From: a bacterium
GTDB taxonomy: Bacteria > Electryoneota > JAOADG01
Direction of reading: 5' to 3'
Assembly (NCBI GenBank): GCA_030247525.1
Contig: JAOTSC010000003.1
Coordinates: 1 to 58,811, forward strand
Length of the DNA: 58,811 nucleotides
Part shown: one piece after another, positions 18,224 through 28,231 of the stretch
How the letters are laid out: each line of letters begins with the position of its first letter
How positions within the stretch are numbered: the stretch's first letter is position 1
Program-made: the position numbers and the translations under genes
Notes under the pieces: model-generated
Told to the model about the DNA's origin: nothing
The model's database searches: none
Seen by the model: only the letters and a program-made list of their open reading frames with translations

Positions 18224-20557
18224 TCAATAAGGATGGCGGGGGGCAGCCACCACACCAGTCGGTGAATTCCACGATTCGAGTTGGTAGCGCAAATTCCCCT
18301 GCAATAATTCCAGCAATTCCGCATCTTCGATTTTCGCTTGGATCAATTGCTCAATCGCGGCGGGGGAAGCCAGCAATGCGATCCGGCTCCGGTTCTTCAG
18401 CGTAAGAATTTGCTGTGCGGTTTCCGGCGTCATCGTCTGCGCATCGAGCAATGCAAAACATCCGACATCGGAGAGCGCTTTCCAAGTTTCTGTGTTTAAT
18501 TTTGCTGCATCCATCCGAACAATCGCCCGATTATTACTCACCTTTGCAATCGCGATTGCCTGTGCCGTCGTTGCATTGCTAATAACCGGATACACCCCGA
18601 CTTCCGCCGCATCTTGTAAAAACTGTGTCCATGCGGGATTGACCTGATCGCCCCGCCAGAGGTCGCCGACATCTTCTCCATCGATGGTAATGAATGCCAT
18701 CCCTAATCGTGCCAACGATTTTACCATCGCCTTTTTCGCTCCGGCGAGATAGGCAATCGGAATTGCGACGCTCACACCGCGATTCGCTTCCCCTTTCCAT
18801 TCTTTCCGAATCGAATCGGCTAAAAATGGCACTTTATTCGTTTTGGCAAATTCGCGAGCTTGTTCCATCGTCGTATACACAATATTGAGAAACGCTTCGC
18901 TGTTTTCGTTGGTGACTGGCACCGTGAAAAGTACCAACGGTTGGAAGTACCGGACACCGGCAATCGCTTGTTTAACGGGCGGTGTGAATTCCGATTTTGC
19001 ATCGAGGAAATGGATGCCGCCACTCTTGTGCAGGAAGTACGACGCCTTAGCAAGCGGCGGTTGGGTATAGGGCTGCGAAGCATTGGCATACGCCAGTGTT
19101 GCGTGATACGTCAGCTCGCCGATGTTCTTTAACGAATAGGCAAATACTGTCCCGGCGGTATCTTCCGGGGTGTGATAGGTTTTGTATACGCCGCCGATCG
19201 AACCGACGACATAGGACGGAATCCCGGCAACCTCAAACGAAGTATGATCGCTGCCGGCATACAACCGCCAAAACGCCGTTTTCTTTTTCACCGAATCGGG
19301 CCATTGCGAAACGTAGACATCGCCTAATTGGGGATACTCGGCAAGACCGCCGAGACCCAAGGTATCGCCGCCAGTGCCGACGACATCCATATTCAACATG
19401 CCAACGACTTTATACCCGAATTTCGGGAATTGTTCGACAAAATACTGCGAACCCCACAACCACTCCTCCTCGGCGGCAAAGCCAAGAAAGAGGATCGAGC
19501 GTTTCGGTTTCACGTTATTCTTCACGAAACATTCGGCGAGTTCCATCATCGTCGCTGTACCGGAAGCGTTATCGTTGCCGCCATAATAGATGTTGCCCAA
19601 CGCATCTTTCCCGTGGTGGTCGTGGTGAGCGCCGATGACAACCACTTCTTTCGCAAGCGCGGGGTCGCTGCCGGGCAGAATCCCGCCAACATTGGCGAGC
19701 GGCGCGTTATCGAACCAATTCCCTTGTACGGTAACCGTGATACTTCCGGTCAATGGCTGCGAGGCCGGAATGCGGGTTTTGCGAAATTCGGTTTTCCATC
19801 CCGCGGCGGTTTTTCCGGTTGACGCTAATAACGAATCGGCAACGGTTTGCGAAATCATCACCACCGGGAAATTTTTCATGTAACCGTCAGGTGGCAATGA
19901 AGCCAATAGCGGGGGATTCCCTTCAAACGACAGCATCGCCACGGCGCCGCGTTTTTGCGCTGCCCGCGCTTTGAAAATCGCTTTCGCCTCGTCTTGCCAT
20001 CGAGTATTAGGTAATTCAGGCGTTCCGCGCATCACAACGACAATTGCCCCGTTCACATCAATATTGGCGTAATCGTCCCAGCCTTTTTCCGGCGCTGAGA
20101 TGCCATAACCGACGAAAACCAATTTACCGGTCACTGTACCGTAGCCCGAACTCTTGTAAACGGTGATGTCTTTCCACTGCTTATAGGTAGATTTTTGGTT
20201 GGCGGCATTGGTGTATACCACTTCGACCGGACCGGCATAATCGCCGGCGGGATAGGTGAAGCGTTGATAGTAACCATCCTCACCGAACGGTTTCACCAAC
20301 CCGAGGTTCGCAAAGTGTCCGGCAAGATACCGCTCAGTCTTCGCACCACCGGCAAATCCACTGTAACGTCCCTCCAACGAATCGGAAGCGAGTACGTTCA
20401 CATGATGCATGGCGCGCGTGGTATCGAACCCGATGTTCCACGATGGCGTGCCGGGCAAAGGTATGTCTGCGGCGACAACACCTTGTACGAAACCAATCAA
20501 TAGAGCAAGAAGTATAAATGACATCCACTGTCTGATGTGCGGAAAGCGATGACTCAC
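18224..20557 (-). CDS. M28-family aminopeptidase with PA domain and a roughly 300-aa C-terminal extension of unknown function
   Basis: Signal peptide. Motifs GAHHDHHG, NDNASGTATMMELA, FAAEEEWLWGSQYF and GSDHTSF match the M28 zinc ligands. Confidence 0.85.
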   Translation of the reverse strand: MSHRFPHIRQWMSFILLALLIGFVQGVVAADIPLPGTPSWNIGFDTTRAMHHVNVLASDSLEGRYSGFAGGAKTERYLAGHFANLGLVKPFGEDGYYQRFTYPAGDYAGPVEVVYTNAANQKSTYKQWKDITVYKSSGYGTVTGKLVFVGYGISAPEKGWDDYANIDVNGAIVVVMRGTPELPNTRWQDEAKAIFKARAAQKRGAVAMLSFEGNPPLLASLPPDGYMKNFPVVMISQTVADSLLASTGKTAAGWKTEFRKTRIPASQPLTGSITVTVQGNWFDNAPLANVGGILPGSDPALAKEVVVIGAHHDHHGKDALGNIYYGGNDNASGTATMMELAECFVKNNVKPKRSILFLGFAAEEEWLWGSQYFVEQFPKFGYKVVGMLNMDVVGTGGDTLGLGGLAEYPQLGDVYVSQWPDSVKKKTAFWRLYAGSDHTSFEVAGIPSYVVGSIGGVYKTYHTPEDTAGTVFAYSLKNIGELTYHATLAYANASQPYTQPPLAKASYFLHKSGGIHFLDAKSEFTPPVKQAIAGVRYFQPLVLFTVPVTNENSEAFLNIVYTTMEQAREFAKTNKVPFLADSIRKEWKGEANRGVSVAIPIAYLAGAKKAMVKSLARLGMAFITIDGEDVGDLWRGDQVNPAWTQFLQDAAEVGVYPVISNATTAQAIAIAKVSNNRAIVRMDAAKLNTETWKALSDVGCFALLDAQTMTPETAQQILTLKNRSRIALLASPAAIEQLIQAKIEDAELLELLQGNLRYQLESWNSPTGVVAAPRHPY

Positions 20558-20705
20558 AGTATCCTCGATTTTTGTAAAGGGTAAGGTACAAATCGATTCG
20601 ACCTTTGGAAAGATGGTGAGCGATTAACGACTAACGATACTTCTAAAAAAGTATCATCGAACGGTAACGTGTCGCAAACCGAAAAAATATCGTATTTTAC
20701 AGTCA

Positions 20706-21590
20706 ATGATAATGATTCTCCGCTTACTCCGCGTCCGGCAATGGGTAAAAAACTTGCTGGTGTTCGCCCCGCTATTCTTCGCGCAGAAATTTACCAGCGC
20801 GGAGGAGTGGCAACGCTCAGGGCTTGCCTTTCTTGCATTCTGCTTCACCGCCAGTGCGATTTACATCTTTAACGATATTCGTGATATCGAAGACGACCGC
20901 CAGCACCCGGTAAAAAAACATCGTCCCATTGCTGCCGGTCAAATTTCTTCCGCGAGCGCTTTGCTCATCGCCATTTTACTGATGGCCAGCGGCTTCGGTG
21001 TTGGATACTTATTGAATATGACCGCTTTGGTTGTATTGGTAGGTTATGCCGGTGTCATGATTTTCTATAGCATCTGGTGGAAACATATTCAACTGCTTGA
21101 TGTCTTAATCATTGCCGGTGGAATAACATCGCGGGCGATATTGGGTGCCGATGCCATCGAAGTCGAGATCTCGCATTGGTTATTGGTGTGTACATTCTTA
21201 ATCGCACTGATGCTCGCCTTGACAAAACGACGGCAGGAGCTTGCCCGGTACGTCGAGAAGAATGAACACACCCGGAGGAGTTTGGAAAATGCGCCGCCGC
21301 TTGCTGCGTGGGATCATTGGATTGCCGCTGTCGGTGGAATAACAATTTTAGCATACACTCTTTATACCGTCGATAGAGCCACCATCGAAAACATCGGGTC
21401 GATAAAATTACTCTATACCGTTCCAATTGTCGCCTTCGCAATATTCCGGTATCAACTCATCGTGTACACAAAGCAACAAGGGGAAGACCCCACCGAAACG
21501 CTGTTAGGCGATAAAGCAATTTTAATCGCCATCGCAATTTGGTTTGCCGGTGTTTTAACGATTCTGATGAGTAAAGGAGCATCGCTTTGA
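20706..21590 (+). CDS. UbiA-family decaprenyl-phosphate phosphoribosyltransferase-like prenyl-phosphate PRTase
   Basis: LRLLRVRQWVKNLLVFAPLFFA and NDIRDIEDDRQHPVKKHRPIAAG motifs are characteristic of the DPPR synthase branch of UbiA. Multi-TM protein. Confidence 0.8.
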   Translation: MIMILRLLRVRQWVKNLLVFAPLFFAQKFTSAEEWQRSGLAFLAFCFTASAIYIFNDIRDIEDDRQHPVKKHRPIAAGQISSASALLIAILLMASGFGVGYLLNMTALVVLVGYAGVMIFYSIWWKHIQLLDVLIIAGGITSRAILGADAIEVEISHWLLVCTFLIALMLALTKRRQELARYVEKNEHTRRSLENAPPLAAWDHWIAAVGGITILAYTLYTVDRATIENIGSIKLLYTVPIVAFAIFRYQLIVYTKQQGEDPTETLLGDKAILIAIAIWFAGVLTILMSKGASL

Positions 21591-22960
21591 TCGACGCCCC
21601 TACTGTGAGGCAGCAGTTGATTGCGGGATGGGGGGTGTTTCCCCACGGCGATGCATATGTATATACACCGCGCTCCCTTCCCGATTTACAACAGTTCATC
21701 CAATCCCGTCCGGCGAATCGGAAGATTCTCGCCTTTGGCAGCAGCCGAAGCTATGGCGACGCCGGGTTTTGTTCCAACGAATATGCCTTGTCGATGCGCG
21801 GTTTATCCTTAGTACACCAATTCGATAAAACGACTGGAACAATTGTTGTCGAGGCGGGCATCACCCTCGAAGAAATCATCGCTGTCGCACTGCCGCACGG
21901 TTGGTTTCTACCGGTAACTCCCGGTACCCGTTTTCCGACGCTGGGCGGTTGTCTCGCCGCTGATGTACATGGCAAAAATCATCATCAAGCCGGTACGATC
22001 TCAAACTATATCGATTGGTTCGACATTGTTCTTGCCGATGGAACGCCCCGGCATTGCTCCCGCACCGAGAATGCGGACTTATTCTGCGCCACCGCCGGGG
22101 GAATGGGTCTCACCGGAGTCGTATACCGGATACAGCTCCGGTTGGTTCCTGTCGAAACTTCATTCATTACCGCCGAATATTATCGCACAGCAAATCTGTC
22201 GGAAACAATGGCAGTCTTGGCGGCGAATGATCAAGAGTGGAACTTTACGGTTGCGTGGGTCGATTGTATTGCCAACGGTAAAAAAATAGGACGTTCCGAA
22301 GTGAGTCTTGGCAGGCATGCGTTGTTATCTGAATTGCCGCAGTCATTGCGAGCGCATCCGTTACAAATCGATGAAAAGCCGCCGTTCACCTTCCCGTTCC
22401 AACCGCCGTTTTCCTTAGTTAACAATTTCACCGGTGAGTTGTTCAATACAGCGTTTTACTACAAATCCGGTCCGAGTAAGAAGCATCGGAAGGTTGTTCC
22501 ATACAATAGTTTCTTCTACCCACTCGACATCATGCATCATTGGAATCGAGTGTACGGACCGCAGGGCTTGGTGCAATATCAGATTTTAGTACCGTTTGCC
22601 GATTGCGAGGCGGTTATTGCGGAGGTGTTGCGTCACTGTATCAAGAGAAAACACCCTTCGACGCTGGCGGTATTGAAACGCTGCGGCGAAGCGGCGGGAT
22701 TACTTTCTTTCCCGAAGCCGGGATGGCTGATGGCGATGGACTTTCCCGTGACTGCTGGACTATTCGAGACTCTTGACGACTTGGATAAAATCGTTCTTGC
22801 AGCTGGCGGCAGAGAGTATCTTGCGAAAGATGTTCGGATGAAACCGGAGACGTTTCGAGCGATGTATCCTGAGTTGCCGGAATGGCAAGCGATCAAACGG
22901 AAGTATGATCCGGATGCGATATTTTGTTCCGATCAAGCAAAGCGGTTACAGTTATTGTGA
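21587..22960 (+). CDS. FAD-dependent oxidoreductase, DprE1-like (decaprenylphosphoryl-ribose 2'-oxidase family)
   Basis: Motifs GWGVFP, FGSSRSYGDAG, LPVTPGTRFPTLGGCLAADVHGKNHH. The TTG start overlaps the upstream stop. Confidence 0.8.
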   Translation: MIDAPTVRQQLIAGWGVFPHGDAYVYTPRSLPDLQQFIQSRPANRKILAFGSSRSYGDAGFCSNEYALSMRGLSLVHQFDKTTGTIVVEAGITLEEIIAVALPHGWFLPVTPGTRFPTLGGCLAADVHGKNHHQAGTISNYIDWFDIVLADGTPRHCSRTENADLFCATAGGMGLTGVVYRIQLRLVPVETSFITAEYYRTANLSETMAVLAANDQEWNFTVAWVDCIANGKKIGRSEVSLGRHALLSELPQSLRAHPLQIDEKPPFTFPFQPPFSLVNNFTGELFNTAFYYKSGPSKKHRKVVPYNSFFYPLDIMHHWNRVYGPQGLVQYQILVPFADCEAVIAEVLRHCIKRKHPSTLAVLKRCGEAAGLLSFPKPGWLMAMDFPVTAGLFETLDDLDKIVLAAGGREYLAKDVRMKPETFRAMYPELPEWQAIKRKYDPDAIFCSDQAKRLQLL

Positions 22961-22965
22961 GTATC

Positions 22966-23105
22966 GTAGGGGCGCGATTCATCGCGCCCGAAACGAGTTG
23001 GTAGCCGCGGGCTTTAGACCGTGCCCAAGGTCAACAGGTAGCCGCAGGCTTCAGCCTGCGCCGACACGGAACATCAAGAATCGCAGGCTAAAGCCTGCGG
23101 CTACC
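22966..23105. repeat. REP cluster (GTAGGGGCGCGAT hairpin plus three GGTAGCCGC(G/A)GGC-family hairpins)
   Basis: Hairpins at 22966-22989, 23000-23025, 23037-23060 and 23082-23105; the last is in inverted orientation. Confidence 0.9.
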
Positions 23106-23157
23106 ATTCGAGTCAAAGCTGTTTACAGAAGAAGTTTCTGTTTATCGAGATAAAACT

Positions 23158-23901
23158 ATGGGCAACTGGTTATTGATTGGCGGTACCAGCGGGATAGCGA
23201 TTCCCTTAGCGCGGGAATTGGTAAAACGCGGACACCGGTTGTATCTCACCGAACGGGAAAACGCGCTGGAACGTTGCCGGGAAGTAGCCAATGATCTCCA
23301 AATTCGCGCTGCGGTCGAAGTGATGGTCGGGAGGTTCGAGGCGATGGAACCGGATCGCCACGGTACGTTTATCGCGGAAGTAGAGAAGGCGTTCGGTGAA
23401 CTTGATGGCGTAATTTGGGTGGCTGGCGTATTGCTTCCCCAAGCGGACATGGAACGCGATCCGGCATTGGCACAATTGCAACATGCGGTGAATTATACGG
23501 CAGCGATAACTGTACTCACTTCGGCGGCGAGTATAATGGCGGAACGGGGGCGGGGGATGATCGTCGGATTTTGTAGTCCAGCCGGTGACCGCATCCGGAA
23601 ATCGAATTTCTTTTATGGGATCGATAAACAGGCGTTGGAAGGATTACTGGAAGGACTACGGTTACGGTTTGGCGAGCAAGGGATAAAAGTAGTAGTAGCA
23701 AAACCCGGTCCTACAGCAACGCCGATGACCGCAGGGCTCCCCAAACAACCACTATTGGCGCAACCGGAAGTTGTAGCGAAAGAAATTGCGAAAGCAATTG
23801 ACAAGGGTTGCGAAGTCGTTTACGCACCAGGCATCTGGCGTTGGATTATGCTCATCATTCGCAACCTGCCCGAATTCATTTTCCGGAAATTGTCGATATA
23901 G
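23158..23901 (+). CDS. Short-chain dehydrogenase/reductase, DprE2-like
   Basis: Rossmann motif LLIGGTSGIAIPLAREL. Position directly after the DprE1-like gene. Confidence 0.7.
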   Translation: MGNWLLIGGTSGIAIPLARELVKRGHRLYLTERENALERCREVANDLQIRAAVEVMVGRFEAMEPDRHGTFIAEVEKAFGELDGVIWVAGVLLPQADMERDPALAQLQHAVNYTAAITVLTSAASIMAERGRGMIVGFCSPAGDRIRKSNFFYGIDKQALEGLLEGLRLRFGEQGIKVVVAKPGPTATPMTAGLPKQPLLAQPEVVAKEIAKAIDKGCEVVYAPGIWRWIMLIIRNLPEFIFRKLSI

Positions 23902-23943
23902 TATTCGTACAAATGATAAAGATGTTTTCGGAAGAGATAATGA

Positions 23944-26277
23944 TTAAATACTGTTGTTACCAGATTTTGAAAATGAACTGTCCAACACCTCGCGCATTTT
24001 TTGTAACAATGTCAATCGTGAAAATGGTTTATGAATGAAGTTGATGCTTTCGTCGATTAGCCCACGGTCGGCGATGATGTTCGATGTATAACCCGACATA
24101 AACAAGGTCTTAATGCCGGGTCGGAAAACTTCTACTTGTGTCTTTAACTCCTTGCCATTCATTGTCGGCATGACTACATCGGTAAGCATAAGATCAATCG
24201 GATGGTTATACTCCTGAACAAGCAACAAAGCTTCTACCGGATTATCGGCAGTAAGAGTTTTATAACCGTGTTCTTCCACGATAACTCTCACAACATTCAA
24301 TACTGCTAACTCATCTTCTACAATCAAGATGGTCTCGGTACCAGTGAGAACAATTTTCTCCTCCTTTTTCGACTGGTCACCAACCTCACCGATAAACCGA
24401 GGGAAGTAAATCTTGAAAGTAGTACCAATACTCGGCTCACTGTAGACATGGATGACGCCTTCGTTCTGTTTAACGATGCCAAAGACCGTCGATAATCCCA
24501 GTCCGGTTCCTTTTCCCTCTTCCTTGGTGGTAAAAAACGGATCAAATACATTCTCTAATGTTTTTGCATCCATTCCGCAGCCGGTATCGCTCACGGCGAG
24601 CATCACATAGTCGCCGGGCGCAGCGCTTAATTCACGCCGTTTCACCGTTTCATCGAACGCAGTGTTTGCCATCTCAATGGTAATCGTTCCATTGCCGCTT
24701 ATGGCATCTTTAGAATTAACAATCAAATTGGTAAGAACTTGCTCAATCTGGGTTGGATCGATCTGAATTTGCCATAGTTCACCGATGGAAATCACTTTTA
24801 ATCGTATCTCTTCTCTGACCAATCGACTCAGCATTTTTTTTACACCGGCGACAACCTCATCGAGTTTGATTACTTTCGGAGTGGTGGTCTGTTTGCGTGA
24901 AAAAGCGAGCAATTGCTTTGTTAACTCGGCTGAACTAAGACCAGCTTTTCGGATCTCGTGCAGATAACTGTACATCGGATTATCCGATTTCATCATCGAC
25001 ATGATCAGTTCTGTGTAGCTGATGATGACACTGAGCATATTGTTAAAGTCGTGAGCAACGCCGCCCGCCAATCTTCCCACTGCTTCCATCTTGTGCGCCT
25101 GACGGAGTTCGGATTCGTAGTGTAAACGGTCTTTGTCGGCTTGCTTGCGCTCGCGGACATCGCTGATAATTGCGACAAATCCTGTCGTTTCGGTTCGACT
25201 TCTGCCAAACGGACCAATTGAGATATCACAAGGAATTAAATCACCACTTTTACAGAGCATCGGGACATCGTGATAGACAATTTTTTCACCGCTTGCAATC
25301 CGGGTAATGTTCTCTACAAAGGTCGGAAACTGGTCAGTAGGAATAATTGGCGGGGGTTTGCCGATCACCTCCGACTCCAACCAACCAAACAACGTTTCGG
25401 CTGCAAGATTCCAACGCGTAATGTTCCCTTGGGCATCGTGTGCTATGACAGGAAGTGGAGAAGAATCTAATACTGTCTGGAGATACTCTTTTGTATCTTG
25501 AATTTCCCGCTCCATTTTCTTGCGTTTGGTGACGTCGCGCTCGGTGGTGGCAATCGCGATGATTTTTCCCGTTTCATCCACCATTTTCGTTACACTTAAC
25601 CAAACATCGAGGATGCGGCCATCTTTGGTAATCCGTTGTGTTTCATACGTGGAAATCGTTTCGCCTGCGACCAGCCGGTAGATAAACTCTTTTTGCTCCT
25701 CGACTCTATCGGGCGGGGCGAGGAGCCAAATGCTCATCTGCAGCGCTTCTTCCTCACTGTAACCATACATCCGCTCACCGCCACGGTTCCAAGCGGTAAT
25801 CCTACCATCAGTGTCGTGTATTGTAATGGCATCATCGGAATCGATAACCGCGGTAGCGAAGCGGCTCATTTTCTCATCCAGATGTTTACGATTAGTAATG
25901 TCCCGGACGACTGCCAAAGACATCCAACCGTTCTTCGTTTCCACGCCGCTCGTAGTAATGCTTGCCGAAAATTTAGAGCCATCTTTCCGTGTGCCAATGT
26001 AATCTTCAATCAAACTTTTTGTGGGTAACTTCGCTTGGGAAAAGCGCTCTCCATGAAGCCATTGTGGGTTGGTTTTACTGGATGCGGAAAGCAACTCATC
26101 GAATGCCATCGTGAGAAGTTCTTGCCGTTTATAGCCGAAGAGGGTTTCAATCTGTTTGTTGGCGTTCGCAATATTACCAGCGACATCGACGACGAGAACG
26201 CCATCGGGAAGCGCTTCTAACAGATTCTTAATATCTCGCTCTGAACATTTGGATTTCATTGGTTTTCTCAAGGTCAC
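23944..26277 (-). CDS. Multi-PAS hybrid sensor histidine kinase with C-terminal receiver domain
   Basis: Three or more PAS/PAC modules. H-box VAHDFNNMLSVI and ATPase motifs DTGCGMD, GTGLGLS. Receiver motifs ILIVEDE...LMLTDVVMP...FMSGY. Confidence 0.9.
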   Translation of the reverse strand: MTLRKPMKSKCSERDIKNLLEALPDGVLVVDVAGNIANANKQIETLFGYKRQELLTMAFDELLSASSKTNPQWLHGERFSQAKLPTKSLIEDYIGTRKDGSKFSASITTSGVETKNGWMSLAVVRDITNRKHLDEKMSRFATAVIDSDDAITIHDTDGRITAWNRGGERMYGYSEEEALQMSIWLLAPPDRVEEQKEFIYRLVAGETISTYETQRITKDGRILDVWLSVTKMVDETGKIIAIATTERDVTKRKKMEREIQDTKEYLQTVLDSSPLPVIAHDAQGNITRWNLAAETLFGWLESEVIGKPPPIIPTDQFPTFVENITRIASGEKIVYHDVPMLCKSGDLIPCDISIGPFGRSRTETTGFVAIISDVRERKQADKDRLHYESELRQAHKMEAVGRLAGGVAHDFNNMLSVIISYTELIMSMMKSDNPMYSYLHEIRKAGLSSAELTKQLLAFSRKQTTTPKVIKLDEVVAGVKKMLSRLVREEIRLKVISIGELWQIQIDPTQIEQVLTNLIVNSKDAISGNGTITIEMANTAFDETVKRRELSAAPGDYVMLAVSDTGCGMDAKTLENVFDPFFTTKEEGKGTGLGLSTVFGIVKQNEGVIHVYSEPSIGTTFKIYFPRFIGEVGDQSKKEEKIVLTGTETILIVEDELAVLNVVRVIVEEHGYKTLTADNPVEALLLVQEYNHPIDLMLTDVVMPTMNGKELKTQVEVFRPGIKTLFMSGYTSNIIADRGLIDESINFIHKPFSRLTLLQKMREVLDSSFSKSGNNSI

Positions 26278-26442
26278 GACAAAACAAAATCGTCAAATTG
26301 TTGTATAAACAAACCACCCAATAAGTGATACGTTACTCTTTATCCTTTTTATACAATCGAGCGCATTTACGGAAGATGTAAATCTATCTCACGGATGGGT
26401 TGCCACTGGCTATAGTCAGCGATAGAGTGAAAGTTGTAAAAC

Positions 26443-26466
26443 GTGGTCTGAAGCCCGCGACTACCA
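26443..26466. repeat. Degenerate REP hairpin of the GGTAGCCGCGGGC family
   Basis: cgtggtctgaagcccgcgactacc. Confidence 0.6.
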
Positions 26467-26785
26467 ATGCAAAGCGGATAAACAAGATTGTTTCATTGCT
26501 GGTTGTACCCGAAGCCGACGGAAGTGACAGATGTTAAGACAAGTGATGGTGTCAATAACGATCGGCTCCGTTGCGAGTAACATCCGTAAAAAACAAATCG
26601 GATTCGATGAGGATGTTCGGTAGAAAATCACTATCTTTCCTTCTACAACACAGGAAACTCGAGAATGTTTTATCGACAACACTGTGCTGTTTATTTAATA
26701 TATATGTTTCACAGATATTCTTTTTATTTGTGGATTATATTTTTTGGGGGCTTGCGCTGCGTACCACTTAGAAAAGGAGTATCTC

Positions 26786-27019
26786 ATGGACACGAAAAAC
26801 ATTGGCAAATTGGATCGCTATATCCGTTTCCTGCTTGCCGTTGGATTTGTCGGTTGGGCTGTTTTTGCAGCGAATTACTTCTGGTTGATTCCTGCGGTGC
26901 TGTTGCTGGCGACCGTCTATACCGGACGTTGCCTATTTTACAGTATGGCAAATATGTCTACCACCCCGGATTTGGCAGTACGGAAACATAAAGAGATGCG
27001 TTATCGTCCCGGTAAGTGA
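26786..27019 (+). CDS. DUF2892 (YgaP-like) small membrane protein
   Basis: MDTKNIGKLDRYIRFLLAVGFVGWAVF...TGRCLFYS pattern. AAGGAG lies upstream of ATG 26786. Confidence 0.6.
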   Translation: MDTKNIGKLDRYIRFLLAVGFVGWAVFAANYFWLIPAVLLLATVYTGRCLFYSMANMSTTPDLAVRKHKEMRYRPGK

Positions 27020-27028
27020 TTATCGGTG

Positions 27029-27156
27029 TTCGGAAATCGGGATTCGGGGATCGGGAAACCGACAGTAGGGCAGACGCTCGGGGTCGCCTGTTTTTTCTGA
27101 TGGATACTGCGTTATCGTCTACAAAAAAAGTGGACAGACAAGAGTGTCTGTCCTAC
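27029..27156. repeat. Heptad G-tract array plus two REP hairpins; the first hairpin with its T-run may act as a terminator
   Basis: ttcggaaatcgggattcggggatcgggaaacc (27029-27060). gtagggcagacgctcggggtcgcc (27065-27088) is followed by T6 (27091-27096). gtggacagacaagagtgtctgtcctac (27130-27156). Confidence 0.85.
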
Positions 27157-27176
27157 GGATATTACACCTGTGGATT

Positions 27177-27443
27177 CTAACCTTTCATTTTCTCTGCCAT
27201 TTCCTTACTGCTGACGACGGGATAATACTCAAAGTCTACCAAGTCGTTCCAGTGACTCGCCCATTCATCGAGCTGCCCGACATGCTCCGCTTCCATGAGT
27301 TGGTAGCAACGGCTGCCATCAGGTAACACCCAGCTATCGATGTAGATGACTCCCGCGGGCAACATGCGTCCGTTTGCGGCAAAGCGGTCGTAGATAGCCT
27401 GCGTTGAATTCGGTTTGTAGTGTTCGATAATCATAAACAGCAT
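27177..27443 (-). CDS. DUF3303-family small protein
   Basis: 88 aa. The N-terminus MLFMIIEHYKP... and overall pattern resemble DUF3303 proteins, from memory of the family. Confidence 0.55.
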   Translation of the reverse strand: MLFMIIEHYKPNSTQAIYDRFAANGRMLPAGVIYIDSWVLPDGSRCYQLMEAEHVGQLDEWASHWNDLVDFEYYPVVSSKEMAEKMKG

Positions 27444-27472
27444 TCTTGTTTCCTTTTCCTATCTTCTCTAAC

Positions 27473-28015
27473 CTAATCCTGCTTCGTGAATAATAATAGG
27501 TTCGGATCATACCCAATTTCCTGTAAACGGGTACGAATCGATTGCAATACCGTTGGTTCGATAGTCGCTGTCCGGGCAAGAATCCAAAGATACTTACGGT
27601 CGGGATCGCCAATTACGGCATACGAATAATCCGGCGCAAGATCGATAATCCAGTAGGTACCCCACACCATCGACATCCAACCCATCCACTCTGGAGCAAA
27701 TCGGACTTCCAGTTTGGTGTTACTCCCGTTCGGGGTCTGTTTGCGGCCGACGCCACCCGCTTCTTTCCAATTGCCATCCGCGGTTTTACAGCGATTTACC
27801 ACTTTAATTGTACCATCCGGTTGCAGTGAATACGTCGCAGTCGTATGGCTGGCACATTTCCGTTGAAACCAATTGTCGTACCGGGCGATTTCATACCAGA
27901 CCCCCATGTACTTTGATAAATCAATTTCCGGGACGGTTGTTACCGGTTTCGGATCGGCGGCGAATCCGGTTATTGCTGAGAGTAAAAGCATAGCAATAGT
28001 TAATATAAACTTCAA
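27473..28015 (-). CDS. blc: Bacterial lipocalin (Blc-like)
   Basis: Signal peptide and the lipocalin signature LSKYMGVWYEIARYDNWFQRKC. Confidence 0.85.
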   Translation of the reverse strand: MKFILTIAMLLLSAITGFAADPKPVTTVPEIDLSKYMGVWYEIARYDNWFQRKCASHTTATYSLQPDGTIKVVNRCKTADGNWKEAGGVGRKQTPNGSNTKLEVRFAPEWMGWMSMVWGTYWIIDLAPDYSYAVIGDPDRKYLWILARTATIEPTVLQSIRTRLQEIGYDPNLLLFTKQD

Positions 28016-28179
28016 CTTCCTCCCTCCAATTCAAAGCAAGTTCAACTTGAGATGCTTGCAGCAAGTAATACGAAAATACAAAGCACACAATAGTATTGTA
28101 GGGATTACGCCTTTTTATTCGTTTGACGTCTCTCGAGATAGTATTATCGGAGCCCAAATGCGCATACATAAAGAGAATT

Positions 28180-28200
28180 GAGGCGTATTCGCTACGCCTC
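28180..28200 (-). terminator. Hairpin downstream of the phosphoesterase gene (possible terminator)
   Basis: gaggcgtattcgctacgcctc is a perfect 8-bp stem. On the minus strand it is followed by a weak T-rich tract (aattctcttt). Confidence 0.4.
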
Positions 28201-28231
28201 AATATTAAACAGAATTAAATGAAACAAGCGC

